Below the pieces are notes generated by a model. The model made no database searches, was not told where the DNA came from, and was given only the letters and a program-made list of their open reading frames with translations. 64,000 nucleotides of DNA, from positions 119,104,001 to 119,168,000 of the forward strand of contig NC_045697.1 in assembly GCF_009834535.1 (NCBI RefSeq), in the 5' to 3' direction. Positions 51,501 to 64,000 of this stretch are shown piece by piece (within the stretch, counting starts at the first letter, position 1; each line of letters begins with the position of its first letter). The position numbers and the translations under genes are program-made. Source of the DNA: Camelus ferus. Its lineage: Eukaryota.

Positions 51501-54500
51501 TTTCAAAAACAATTATCTCTCAGAACTGAGCATCTGGAGAGACTTTCGTTCATCTAGCACAAATGGAAAGGGTTTCAGGAGAAAATTTTACTCTAGATTC
51601 TCAGTGTGTTTCCCAGTGCCTGTTTGAAATTCCTGAAGTTTTCACTGTAAAACCGTGTTGAAGCTCGTACCTCCCCGTTTATATGTATGGAGTGGAGTTT
51701 GCAACTGAAAAGAAACTTTGTTTTCCCAACAAGCTAAGTGAGGGAAGGCTTTCACACACACTTACCACTAAGAACTGAGATTGAGGACAGACATTCGTTC
51801 ATCTAGCACGAAAGGAACGGTTTACTGGAGAAACATTTACTTTGGTTTCTCAGTCTGTTTCCTTGTGCCGGTTTGAAGTTCCTGCAGTTTTCACTGTATA
51901 AACGATTTGGAGCTAGTACCTCCCTATATATATGTATGGATTGGGGTTTGCCACTGAAAAGAATCTTTGTGTTCCCAACAAGCTTGGTGAAGTACGGTTT
52001 TCACACACACTTATCTCTCAGATCTGAGCATGTGGAGTGACGTTCATTCATCTAGCACAAAGGGAATGGGTTGAAGATGAAACTTTCACTCTGGTTTTCA
52101 GTCAGTTTCCTAGTGCCGGTTTGAAGATCCTGCAGATTCACTGTAAAATCGAGTTGGAGCTAGTACCTCCCTATATATATTTATGGATTGGATTTTGCAA
52201 CTGTAAAGATCTTTGTGTTCCCAACAAGCTAGGTGAAGGACGGCTTTCTCACACACTTATCTCTCAGAACTGAGCATGTGGAGATACTTTCATTCATCTA
52301 GCACAAAGGGAACGGGTTGCAGGAGGAACTTTTACTCTGGTTTCTCAGTCTGTTTCCTAGTGCCGTTTTGAAATTCCTACTGTTTTCACTGTAAAACCGA
52401 GTTGGAGCTAGTACTTACCCACATAAATGTATAGAGTGGGGTTTGCACCTGCAAAGAATCTTTGTGTTCCCAACAAGCGAGGTGAAGGGCGGCTTTCACA
52501 CACACTTATCTCTCAGATCTGAGCATGTTGAGAGACGTTCGTTCATCTAGCACAATTGGAACGGGTTGCAGGAGAAATTTTTACTCTTGTTTCTAAAACT
52601 TTTCCTTGTGCCGTTTTGAAGTTCCTGCAGTTTTCCCTGTTAAACCGATTTGGAGCTTGTACCTCCCCATATATATGTATGGATTGGAGATTGCACCTGA
52701 CCAGAATCTTTGTGTTCTTAACAAGCTAGGTGAAGTACGGCTTTCACACACACTTTTCTCACAGAACTGAGCATGTGGAGAGAAGTTCATTTATCTAGCA
52801 CAAAGAGAACGAGTTGCAGGAGAAACTTTTACTCTGGTTTCTCAGTCTGTTTCCTAGTGCCGGGTTGAAGTTCCTGCAGATTCACTGTAAAATCGATTTG
52901 AAGCTAGAACCTCCCTATATATATGTGTTAATTGGGGTTTGCACCTGAAAAGAAACTTTATGTTCCCAAAAAGATAGGTGAAGGACGGCTTTCACACACA
53001 CTTACCTCTCAGAACTGAGCATGTAGAAAGACGTTCGTTCATCTAGCTCAAAGGGAAAGGGTTGCAGGAGAAATTTTTACTCTGGTTTCTCAGTCTGTTT
53101 CCTGGTTCCGGTATAAAATTCCTCAATTTTTCACTGTAAAACCGAGTTGGAGCTAGTACCTCCCTTATATATGTATGGAGTGGAGTTTGCAACTGCAAAG
53201 AAACTATGTGTTCCCAACAAGCTAGGTGAAGGACGGCATTCACACACACTTATCTCTCAGAACTGAGCATGTGGAGAGACTATCGTTCATCTAGCACAAA
53301 GGGAACGGTTTGCAGTTGAAATTTTACCTGTTTATTAAGTCTGTTTCCTTGTTGCAGTTTGAATTTCCTGCAGTTTTCACTGTAAAACCGAGTTGGAGCT
53401 AGTCTCTCCCCATATATAAGTATGGAGTGGAGTTTGCAACTGAAAAGAAACTTTGTTTTCCCAACAAGCAAGTGGAAGGGAGGCTTTCACACACACTTAT
53501 CTCTCAGAATTTAGCATGTGGAGAGACGTTCTTTCATCTAGCACAAAGGGAACGGATTGCAGGAGAAAACTTTTACTCTGGTTCCTCAGTCTGTTTCCTA
53601 GTGCCGGTTTGAATTTCCTGCAGATTTCACTATACAACCGATTTTGAGCTGGTACCTCCCCATATAATTGTATGGATTGGAGTTTGCAACTGAAAAGAAT
53701 ATTTGTGTTCCTAATATGCAATGTGAATGACGGCTTTAACACACACTTATCTCTCAGAACTGAGCATGTGGAGAGACGTTCGTTCATCTAGCAAAAATTG
53801 AACGGTTTACAGGAGAAACATTTACTCTGGTTTCTCAGTGTGTTTCCCAGTGCTGGTTTGTAGTTCCTGCAGTTATCACTATAAAACCGAGTTGGAGCTA
53901 GTCTCTCCCCATATATATGTATTGACTGGAGTGTGCAACTGAAAAGACTTTGTGTTCCCAACATGCTAGTTGAAGGACGGCTTTCACATACACTTATCTC
54001 TCAGATCTGAGCATGTGGAGAGACGTTCGTTCATCTAGCAGAAAGGGATTTGTTTGCAGGGTAACTTTTACTCTGGTTTTCAGACTGTTTCCTAGTGCCG
54101 GGTTGAAGTTCCTGCAGATTCACTGTAAAATCGAGTTGGAGCTAGTACCTCCCTATATATATGAATGGATTGGATTTGCAACTGAAAAGAAACTTTGTGT
54201 TCCCAACAAGATATGTGAAGAATGGCTTTCACACACACACATCTCTCAGAATTTACCATGTGGAGAGAAGTTCGTTCATCTATCACAAAGGGAATGGGTT
54301 GCAGGGAAAACTTTTACTCTGATTTCTCATTCTGTTTCCTAGTTCCGGTTTGAAGTTCCTGCAGTTTTCACTGTAAAACCGAGATGTAGCTTGTTCCTCC
54401 CCAAATAAATTTATGGAGTGTAGTACTCATATGAAAAGAAACTTTGAGTTACCAACAAGCTAGCTGAAGGCTGCTTTAACACAGACATATCTCTCAGTCC

Positions 54501-57500
54501 TGAGCATGTGGAGAGACTTTCGTTCATCTAGCACAAAATAACGTGTTGCAGGGGAAACATTTACTCTGGTTTCTCAGTATGTTTCTTGTGTCGGTTTGAA
54601 ATTCCTGAAGATTTCACTGTAAAACAGAGATTGAACTAGTACCATCCCCATATATTTGTATTGAATGGAGTTTGCAAACGAAAAGAAACTTTGTGTTCCC
54701 AACAAGCTAGGTGAAGTACGGCTTTCACAAACCCTTATCTCTCAGAAATGAGCGTTTGGATCGACTTTCGTTCATCTAGCACAAAATGAACGGATTGCAG
54801 GAGAAACTTTTACTCTGGTTTTCAGTCTGTTTCCTAGTGCCGGTTTGAAGTTCCTGCAGATTCACTGTAAAATCGATTTGGAGCTAGAACCTCCCTATAT
54901 ATATGTATTAATTGGGGTTTGCAACTGAAAAGAAAATTTATGTTCCCAAAAAGATAGGCGAAGTACGGCTTTCACACACACTTACCTCTCAGAACTGAGC
55001 ATGTAGAGAGACGTTCGTTCATCTAGCATAAAGGGAACGGGTTGCAGGAGAAATTTTTACTCTGGTTTCTCAGTCTGTTTCCTGGTTCCGGTATAAAATT
55101 CCTGCATATTTCACTGTAAAACCGAGTTGGAGCTAGTACCTCCCTTATATATGTATGTATTTGAGTTTGCAGCTGCAAAGAAATTATGTGTTCCCAACAA
55201 GCTATGTGAAGGACGGCATTGACACACACTTATCTCTCAGAACTGAGCATGTGGAGAGACTATCGTTCATCTAGCACAAATGGAGTGGTTTGAAGGAGAA
55301 ACTTTTACTCTGCTTTCTCTGTCTGTTTCCTAGTGCCGGTTAGAAGTTCCTGCAGTTTTCACTGTAAATGCGAGTTGGAGCTAGTACCTCCCCGTATATA
55401 TGTATGGACTGGAGATTCCAACTGAAAAGAAACTTTGTATTCCCAACAAGATATGTAAAGAAGGCTTTCAAACACAATTATCTCTCAGAACTGAGCACCT
55501 GGAGAGACTTTTGTTCATCTAGCACAAATGGAACGGGTTTCAGGAGAAACTTTTACTCTTGTTTCTCAGTGTGTTTCCCAGTGCCTGTTTGAAGTTCCTG
55601 CAGTTTTCACTGTAAAACTGTGTTGGAGCTCGTACCTCCCCATATATATGTATGGAGTGGAGTTTGCAATTGAAAAGTTACTTTGTGTTTCCATCAAGCT
55701 ATGTGAGGGAAGTCTTTCACTCACACTTATCATTAAGAACTGAGATTGTGGACAGATATTCGTTCATCTAGCACGAAAGGAACGGTTTTCAGGAGAAACA
55801 TTTACTCTGGTTTCTCAGTCTGTTTCCTAGTGCCGGTTTGAAGTTCCTGCAGTTTTCACTGTATAATCGATTTGGAGCTAGTACCTCCCTATATATATGT
55901 ATGGATTGGGGTTTGCAACTGAAAAGAATCTTTGTGTTCCCAACAAGCTTGGTGAAGGATAGCTTACACACACAATTATCTCTCAGAACTGAGCATGTGG
56001 AGTGACGTTCGTTCATCTAGCACAAAGGGAATGGGTTGCATTAGAAACTGTTTCTCTGATTTTCAGTCTGTTTCCTAGTTCCGGGTTGAAGTTCCTGCAG
56101 ATTCACTGTAAAATCGAGTTGGAGCTAGTACCTCCCTATATATAATTATGGATTGGAGTTGGCAACTGAAAAGAAAATTTGTGTTCCCAACAAGATAGGT
56201 GAAGGACGGCTTTCTCACACACCTATCACTCAGAACTGAGCATGTGGAGATACGTTCGTTCATCTATCACAAAGGGAACGGGTTGCAGGAGAAACTTTTA
56301 CTCTGGTTTCTCAGTCTGTTTCCTAGTGCCGTTTTGAAATTCCTACTGTTTTCACTGTAAACCGAGTTGGAGCTAGTACCTACCCATATAAATCTATTGA
56401 GAGGAGTTTGCACCTGAAAAGAAACTTTGTGTTCCAAACAAGTGAGGTTAAGGACGGCTTTCACACACACTTATCTCTCAGATCTGAGCATGTTGAGAGA
56501 CGTTCGTTTATCTAGCACAATTGGAACGGGTTTGCAGGAGAAATTTTTACTCTTCTTTCTCAAACTTTTCCTTGTGCCGGTTTGAAGTTCCTGCAGTTTT
56601 CCCTGTTAAACCGATTTGGAGCTTGTACCTCCCCATATATATGTGTGGATTGGAGTTTGCACCTGACCAGAATCTTTGTGTTCTTAACAAGCTAGGTGAA
56701 GGACTGCTTTCACACACACTTATCTCACAGAACTGAGCATGTGGAGAGACGTTCATTTATCTAGCACAAGGAAAATGTTTGCAGGATAGACTTTTACTCT
56801 GCTTTCTCAGTCTGTTTCCTAGTGCCGGTTAGAAGTTCCTGCAGTTTTCACTGTAAAAGCGAGTTGGATCTAGTACCTAACCGTATATATGTATGGACTC
56901 GAGTTTCCAACTGAAAAGACACTTTGTATTCCCAACAAGCTATGTGAAGGAAGGCTTTCAAACACAATAATCTCTCAGAACTTAGCATTTGGAGAGACGT
57001 TGGTTCAACTAGCACAAAGGAAAAGGGTTGCAGCAGAAACTTTAACTCTGGTTTCTCAGTCTGTTTCCTTGAGCCGGTTTGAAATTCCTGCAGTTTTCAC
57101 TGTAAAACCGTGTTTTAGCTAGTACCTCCCCATATATATGTATGGATTGGGGTTGGCAACTGAAAAGAAACTTTGTGTCCCCAACAAGCTAGGTTAAGGA
57201 CGGCTTTCACACACACTTATCTCTCAGATTTTAGCATGTGGAGAGACTTTCGTTCATCTAGAACAAATGGTGTGGTTTGCAGGAGAAACTTTTACTCTGG
57301 TTTTCAGTCTGTTTCCCAGTGCCGGGTTGAAGTTCCTGCAGATTCACTGTAAAAAAAGATTTGGAGCTAGTACCTCCCTATATATATTTATGGATTGGAG
57401 TTTGCAACTTAAAAGAAACATTGTGTTCGCAACAAGTTATTTGAAGGACGGCTTTAACACAAAATTATCTCTCAGAACTAAGCATGTGGAGAGACGTTCG

Positions 57501-59866
57501 TTCATCTAGCACAAAGGGAACGGGTTGCAGGAGAAACTTTTACTCTGGTTTCTCAGTCTGTTTCCTAGTGCAGTTTTGAAATTCCTACTGTTTTCACTGT
57601 AAAACCGAGTTGGATCTAGTACCTACCCATATAAATCTATTGAGTTGGGTTTGCACCTGAAAAGAAACTTTGTGTTCCCAACAAGCGAGTTGAAGTACGG
57701 CTTTCACACACACTTATCTCTCAGATCTGAGCATGTTGAGAGACGTTCGTTCATCTAGCACAAGTGGAACGGGTTGCAGGAGAAATTTTTACTCTTGTTT
57801 CTCAAACTTTTCCTTGTGCCGGTTTGAAGTTCCTGCAGTTTTCCCTGTTAAACCGATTTGGAGCTTGTACCTCCCCATATATATGTATGGATTGTAGTTT
57901 GCACCTGACCAGAATCTTTGTGTTCTTAACAAGCTAGGTGAAGGACGGCTTTCACACACACTTTTCTCACAGAACTGAGCATGTGGAGAGACGTTCATTT
58001 ATCTAGCACAAAGGAAAAGTGTTGCAGGAGAGACTTTTACTCTGGTTTCTCAGTCTGTTTCCTAGTTCCGTTTAGAAGTTCCTGCACTTTTCACTGTCAA
58101 ACTGATTTGGAGCTCGTACCTCCCCATTTATATGTTTGGAGTGGAGTGGGCATCTCAAAAGGAACTTTGTGTTCCCAACAAGATAGGTGAAGGAAGGCTT
58201 TCTCACACACCTATCTCTCTGAACTGAGCATGTGGTGATACGTTCGTTCATCTAGCACAAAGGGAACGGGTTGCAGGAGAAACTTTTACTCTGGTTTCTC
58301 AGTCTGTTTCCTAGTGCCTTTTTGAAGTTCCTACTCTTTTCACTGTAAAAGCGAGTTGGAGCTAGTACCTACCCATATAAATGTATTGAGTGGAGTTTGC
58401 ACCTGAAAAGAAACTTTGTGTTCCCAACAAGCTAGGTGAAGGAAGGCTTTCACACACACTTATCTCTAAGAACTGATCATGTGGAGAGAAGATGGTTCAT
58501 GTAGCCAAAGTGAACCGGTTGCAGGAGAAATTTTACTCTGGTTTTCAGTCTGTTTCCTAGTGCCGGTTTGAAGTTCCTGCAGATTCAATGTAAAATCGAT
58601 TTGGAGCTAGAACCTCCCTATATATATGTATTAATTGGGGTTTGCAACTGAAAAGAAAGTTTATGTTCCCAAAAAGATAGGTGAAGCACGGCTTTCACAC
58701 ACAATTTCCTCTCAGAACTGAGCATGTAGAGAGACGTTCGTTCCTCTAGCACAAAGGGAACGGGTTGCAGGAGAAATTTTTACTCTGGTTTCTCAGTCTG
58801 TTTCCTGGTTCCGGTATAAAATTCCTGCATTTTTTCACTGTAAAACCGAGTTGGAGCTAGTACCTCCCTTATATATATATGGAGTGGAGTTTGCAACTGC
58901 AAAGAAACTATGTGATCCCAACAAGCTAGTTGAAGGACGGCATTCACACACACTTATCTCTCAGAACAGAGCATGTGGAGAGACTATCGTTCATCTAGGA
59001 CAAAGGGAACGGTTTGCAGGTGAAACTTTTACTCTGTTTTTTGTCTTTTTCCTAGTGCCGCTTTGAAGTTCCTGCAGTTTACACTGTAAAACCGAGTTGG
59101 AGCTAGTTTCTCCCCATATATATGTATGGAGTGGAGTTTGCAACTGAAAAGAAACTTTGTTTTCCCAACAAGCTAGGGGAAGGGAGGCTTTCACACACAC
59201 TTATCTCTCAGCATTTAGGATGTGGATAGACGTTCTTTCATCTAGCACAAAGGGAACGGATTGCAGGAGAAACTTTTACTCTGGTTCCTCAGTCTGTTTC
59301 CTAGTGCCGGTTTGAATTTCCTGCAGATTTCACTATAAAACCGATTTTGAGCTGGTACCTCCCCATATAAATGTATGGATTGGAGTTTGCAACTGAAAAG
59401 AAAATTTGTGTTCCCAACAAGCAATGTGAATGACGGCTTTAACACACACTTATCTCTCAGAACTGAGCATGTGGAGAGACGTTCGTTCATCTAGCAAAAA
59501 TTGAACGGGTTGCCGGAGAAACATTTACTCTGGTTTCTCAGTGTGTTTCCCAGTGCCGGTTTGTAGTTCCTGCAGTTATCACTGTAAAACAGAGTTGGAG
59601 CTAGTCTCTCCCCATATATATGTATTGACTGGAGTGTGCAACTGAAAAGACTTTGTGTTCCCAACATGCTACTTGAAGGGCGGCTTTCACACACACTTAT
59701 CTCTCAGATCTGAGCATGTGGAGAGACGTTCGTTCATCTAGCACAAAGGGAATTGTTTGCAGGTTAACTTTTACTCTGGTTTTCAGACTGTTTCCTAGTG
59801 CCTGGTTGAAGTTCCTGCAGATTCACTGTAAAATCGAGTTGGAGCTAGTACCTCCCTATATATATG
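37270..59866 (+). repeat. Copy 2 of the ~23-kb tandem duplication
   Basis: At ~37270-37281 the diverged layer switches abruptly to HOR sequence (CTGAAAATAAACTTTGTATTCCCAAAAAG) matching ~13712 onward. Collinearity with copy 1 ends at ~59866. Confidence 0.93.
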
Positions 59867-62800
59867 AATGGATTGGTGTTTGCAACTGAACAGAAACTTT
59901 GTGTTCCCAACAAGATATGTGAAGGATGGCTTTCACACACACTTATCTCTCAGAACTTACCATGTGGAGAGAATTTCGTTCATCTATCACAAAGGGAATG
60001 GGTTGCAGGAAAACTTTTACTCTGGTTTCTCAGTATATTTCGTAGTGCCGTTTTGAGGTTTCTGCAGTTTTCACTGTAAAACCGAGATGTAGCTTATTCC
60101 TCCGCAAATAAATTAATGGAGTGTAGTACTCACATGAAAGAAACTTGTAGTTACCAACAAGCTAGCTGAAGGCTGTTTTAACACACACATATCTCTCAGA
60201 CCTGAGCATGTGAAGAGACTTTCATTCATCTAGCACAAAGGGATCGTGTTGCAGGGGAAACATTTACTCTGGTATCTCAGTATGTTTCTTGTCTCGGTTT
60301 GAAATTGCTGAAGATTTCACTGTAAAACGGAGTTTGAACTAGTAACCCCATATATTTGTATTGAGTGGAGTTTGCAAACGAAAAGAAACTTTGTGTTCCC
60401 AACAAGCTAGGTGAAGTACGGCTTTCACAAACTCTTATCTCTCAGAAATGAGCATTTGGATCGACTTTCGTTCATCTAGCACAAGATGAACGGATTGCAG
60501 GAGAAACTTTTACTCTGGTTTCTCAGTCTGTTTCCTAGTTCCGGTTAGAAGTTCCTGCAGTTTTCACTGTCAAACTGAGGTGGAGCTAGTACCCTCCCAA
60601 TATATATATGTATGGAGTGGAGTTTGCAACTGAAAAGAAACTTTGTGTTCCCAACAAGCTAGGTGAAGGACGGCTTTCTCACACACCTATCTCTCAGAAC
60701 TGAGCATGTGGAGATACGTTCGTTCATCTAGCACAAAGGGAACGGGTTGCAGGAGAAACTTTTACTCTGGTTTCTCAGTCTGTTTCCTAGTGCCGTTTTG
60801 AAATTCCTACAGTTTTCACTGTAAAATCGAGTTGGAGCTAGTACATATCCATATAAATGTATTGAGTGGAGTTTGCACCTGAAAAGAAATTTGTGTTCCC
60901 AACAAGCGAGGTGAAGTACGGCTTTCACACACACTTATCTCTGAGATCTGAGCATGTTGAGAGACGTTCGTTCATCTAGCACAATTGGAACGGGTTGCAG
61001 GAGAAATTTTTACTCTTGTATCTCTATCTTTTCCTTGTGCCGGTTTGAAGTTCCTGCAGTTTTCCCTGTTAAACCGATTTGGAACTTGTACCTCCCCATA
61101 TATATGTATGGATTGGAGTTTGCACCTGACCAGAATCTTTGTGTTCTTAAGAAGCTAGGTGAAGGAAGGCATTCACACACACATATCTCACAGAACTGAG
61201 CATGTGGAGAGACGTTCATTTATCTAGCACAAAGAAAAAGGTTGCAGGAGAGACTTATACTCTGGTTTCTCTGTCTGTTTCCTAGTGCCGGTTAGAAGTT
61301 CCTGCATTTTTCACTGTAAAAGCGAGTTGGAGCTAGTACCTCCCCGTATATATGTATGTACTGCAGTTTCCAACTAAAAAGAAACTTTGTATTCCCAACA
61401 AGCTATGTTAAGGAAGGCTTTCAAACACAATGATCTCTCAGAACTTAGCATTTGAAGAGACGTTGGTTCATCTAGCACAAAGGAAAAGGGTTGCAGCAGA
61501 AAATTTAACTCTGGTTTCTCAGTCTGTTTCCTAGTGCCGGTTTGAAATTCCTGCAGTTTTCACTGTAAAACCGTGTTTTAGCTAGTACCTCCCCGTATAT
61601 TTGTATGGATTGGGGTTTGCAACTGAAAAGAAAATTTGTATTCCCAACAAGCTATGTGAAAGACGGCTTTCACACACAATTATCTCTCAGATCTGAGCAT
61701 GTGGAGAGACTTTCGTTCATCTAGCACAAATGGATTGGTTTGCAGGAGAAAACTTTTACTCTGGTTTTCAGTCTGTTTCCTAGTGCCGGGATGAAGTTCC
61801 TGCAGATTCACTGTAAAATCGATTTAGAGCTAGTACCTCCCTATATATATTTATGGATTGGAGTTTGCAACTTAAAAGAAACATTGTGTTCCCAACAAGT
61901 TATTTGAATGACGGCTTTCACACAAAATTATCTCTCAGAACTGAGCATGTGGAGAGACGTTCGTTCATCTAGAACAAAGGGAACGGGTTGCAGGAGCAAC
62001 TTTTACTCAGGTTTCTCAGTCTGTTTCCTAGTGCCGTTTTGAAATTCCTACTGTTTTCACTGTAAAAACCGAGTTGGAGCTAGTACCTACCCATATAAAT
62101 ATATTGAGTGGATTTTGCACCTGAAAAGAAACTTTGTGTTCCCAACAAGCGAGTTGAAGTACGGCTTTCACACACACTTATCTCTCAGATCTGAGCATGT
62201 TGAGAGACGTTCGTTCATCTAGCACAAGTGGATCGGGTTGCAGGAGAAATTTTTACTCTTGTTTCTCAAACTTTTCCTTGTACCGGTTTGAAGTTCCTGC
62301 AGTTTTCCCTGTTAAACCGATTTGGAGCTTGTACCTCCCCATATATATGTATGGATTGTAGTTTGCACCTGACCAGAATCTTTGTGTTCTTAACAAGCTA
62401 GGTGAAGGACGGCTTTCACACACACTTTTCTCACAGAACTGAGCATGTGGAGAGACGTTCATTTATCTAGCACAAAGGAAAAGTGTTGCAGGAGAGACTT
62501 TTACTCTGGTTTCTCAGTCTGTTTCCTAGTTCCGTTTAGAAGTTCCTGCACTTTTCACTGTCAAACTGATTTGGAGCTCGTACCTCCCCATTTATATGTT
62601 TGGAGTGGAGTGGGCATCTGAAAAGGAACTTTGTGTTCCCAACAAGATAGGTGAAGGAAGGCTTTCTCACACACCTATCTCTCTGAACTGAGCATGTGGT
62701 GATACGTTCGTTCATCTAGCACAAAGGGAACGGGTTGCAGGAGAAACTTTTACTCTGGTTTCTCAGTCTGTTTCCTAGTGCCTTTTTGAAGTTCCTACTC

Positions 62801-64000
62801 TTTTCACTGTAAAAGCGAGTTGGAGCTAGTACCTACCCATATAAATGTATTGAGTGGAGTTTGCACCTGAAAAGAAACTTTGTGTTCCCAACAAGCTAGG
62901 TGAAGGAAGGCTTTCACACACACTTATCTCTAAGAAATGATCATGTGGAGAGAAGATGGTTCATGTAGCCAAAGTGAACCGGTTTGCAGGAGAAATTTTA
63001 CTCTGGTTTTCAGTCTGTTTCCTAGTGCCGGTTTGAATTTCCTGCATATTCACTTTAAAATCGATTTGGAGCTAGAACCTCCCTATATATATGTATTAAT
63101 TGGGGTTGCAACTGAAAAGAAAGTTTATGTTCCCAAAAAGATAGTTGAAGCACGGCTTTCACACACACTTACCTCTCAGAACTGAGCATGTAGAGAGACG
63201 TTCGTCCTCTAGCACAAAGGGAACGGTTTGCAGGAGAAATTTTACTCTGGTTTCTCAGTCTGTTTCCTGGTTCCGGTATAAAATTCCGCATTTTTCACTG
63301 TAAAACCGAGTTGGAGCTAGTACCTCCCTTATATATATATGGAGTGGAGTTTGCAACTGCAAGAAAACTATGTGTTCCCAACAAGCTAGTTGAAGGACGG
63401 CATTCACACACACTTATCTCTCAGAACAGAGCATGTGGAGAGACTATCGTTCATCTAGGACAAAGGGAACGGTTTGCAGGTGAAACTTTTACTCTGTTTT
63501 TTGTCTTTTTCCTAGTGCCGCTTTGAAGTTCCTGCAGTTTACACTGTAATACCGAGTTGGAGCTAGTTTCTCCCCATATATATGTATGGAGTGGAGTTTG
63601 CAACTGAAAAGAAACTTTGTTTTCCCAACAAGCTAGGGGAAGGGGGGCTTTCACACACACTTATCTCTCAGCATTTAGCATGTGGATAGACGTTCTTTCA
63701 TCTAGCACAAAGGGAACGGATTGCAGGAGAAACTTTTACTCTGGTTCCTCAGTCTGTTTCCTAGTGCCGGTTTGAAGTTCCTGCAGATTCAATGTAAAAT
63801 CGATTTGGAGCTAGAACCTCCCTATATATATGTATTAATTGGGGTTTGCAACTGAAAAGAAAGTTTATGTTCCCAAAAAGATAGGTGAAGCACGGCTTTC
63901 ACACACAATTTCCTCTCAGAACTGAGCATGTAGAGAGACGTTCGTTCCTCTAGCACAAAGGGAATGGGTTGCAGGAGAAATTTTTACTCTGGTTTCTCAG
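42550..64000 (+). repeat. Diverged monomeric / relic-HOR satellite layer 2
   Basis: Paralogous to 19480-37269 up to ~59866, then continues with related monomer types to the window end. Confidence 0.88.
56197..63770 (+). repeat. 18-monomer (~4,463-bp) periodicity: ~56197-59310 repeated at ~60661-63770
   Basis: Offsets 56547/61010 (4463), 57789/62253 (4464) and 58851/63311 (4460). Confidence 0.85.

Larger units (their letters stand above)
1..64000 (+). repeat. Tandem satellite DNA array, ~249-bp monomer, ~257 copies, single orientation
   Basis: The anchor CACTGTAAAA (or variant) recurs at 1, 248, 497, 747, 995, 1244, 1493 and onward. By-eye consensus (249 bp): CACTGTAAAACCGAGTTGGAGCTAGTACCTCCCCATATATATGTATGGAGTGGAGTTTGCAACTGAAAAGAAACTTTGTGTTCCCAACAAGCTAGGTGAAGGACGGCTTTCACACACACTTATCTCTCAGAACTGAGCATGTGGAGAGACGTTCGTTCATCTAGCACAAAGGGAACGGGTTGCAGGAGAAACTTTTACTCTGGTTTCTCAGTCTGTTTCCTAGTGCCGGTTTGAAGTTCCTGCAGTTTT. 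No non-satellite sequence seen. Confidence 0.99.

Noticed and set aside
855..63660. Numerous 60-132-aa ORFs on both strands
   Set aside because: All are translations of the same monomer in different frames, opened by chance loss of stops. The best consensus frame still has three stops per 83 codons, and frameshifts occur freely.
1..64000. CRISPR array or repeat-spacer system
   Set aside because: The entire unit is repeated with no unique spacers, the unit is far too long, and there are no cas-like ORFs.
1..64000. Primate alpha satellite or canonical CENP-B boxes
   Set aside because: The period is 249 bp, not 171 bp. I saw no TTCG-N4-A-N2-CGGG with correct spacing on either strand of the consensus.
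1..64000. Tandem 5S rRNA/tRNA/snRNA genes, transposon insertions or inverted monomers
   Set aside because: No recognisable RNA-gene sequence, poly-A tail, LTR/TIR, target-site duplication or reverse-orientation monomer was seen.

Overview
The whole 64-kb window is one uninterrupted, head-to-tail tandem satellite array of a ~249-bp monomer (~257 copies, ~45% GC in the consensus). It looks eukaryotic and centromeric/pericentromeric in style. I found no genes, RNA genes, transposon insertions, inversions or CRISPR spacers, and every ORF in the track is a spurious translation of the monomer. The interest is its nested architecture. A 7-monomer higher-order repeat (HOR, ~1,739 bp) occupies ~250-19,480 and ~37,270-42,550, alternating with older, more diverged monomer layers (~19,480-37,270 and ~42,550-64,000) that keep relic 3-, 5-, 6-, 16-, 18- and 23-monomer periodicities. 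A 26-monomer (6.46-kb) tandem duplication and a ~23-kb tandem duplication are superimposed. The two ~23-kb copies differ by whole-monomer deletions, and shared variants let the events be ordered. The monomer has no canonical CENP-B box but carries several short dyad symmetries. I cannot assign species or satellite family from sequence alone. All coordinates and offsets were read by eye and from the ORF track, so breakpoints are approximate.
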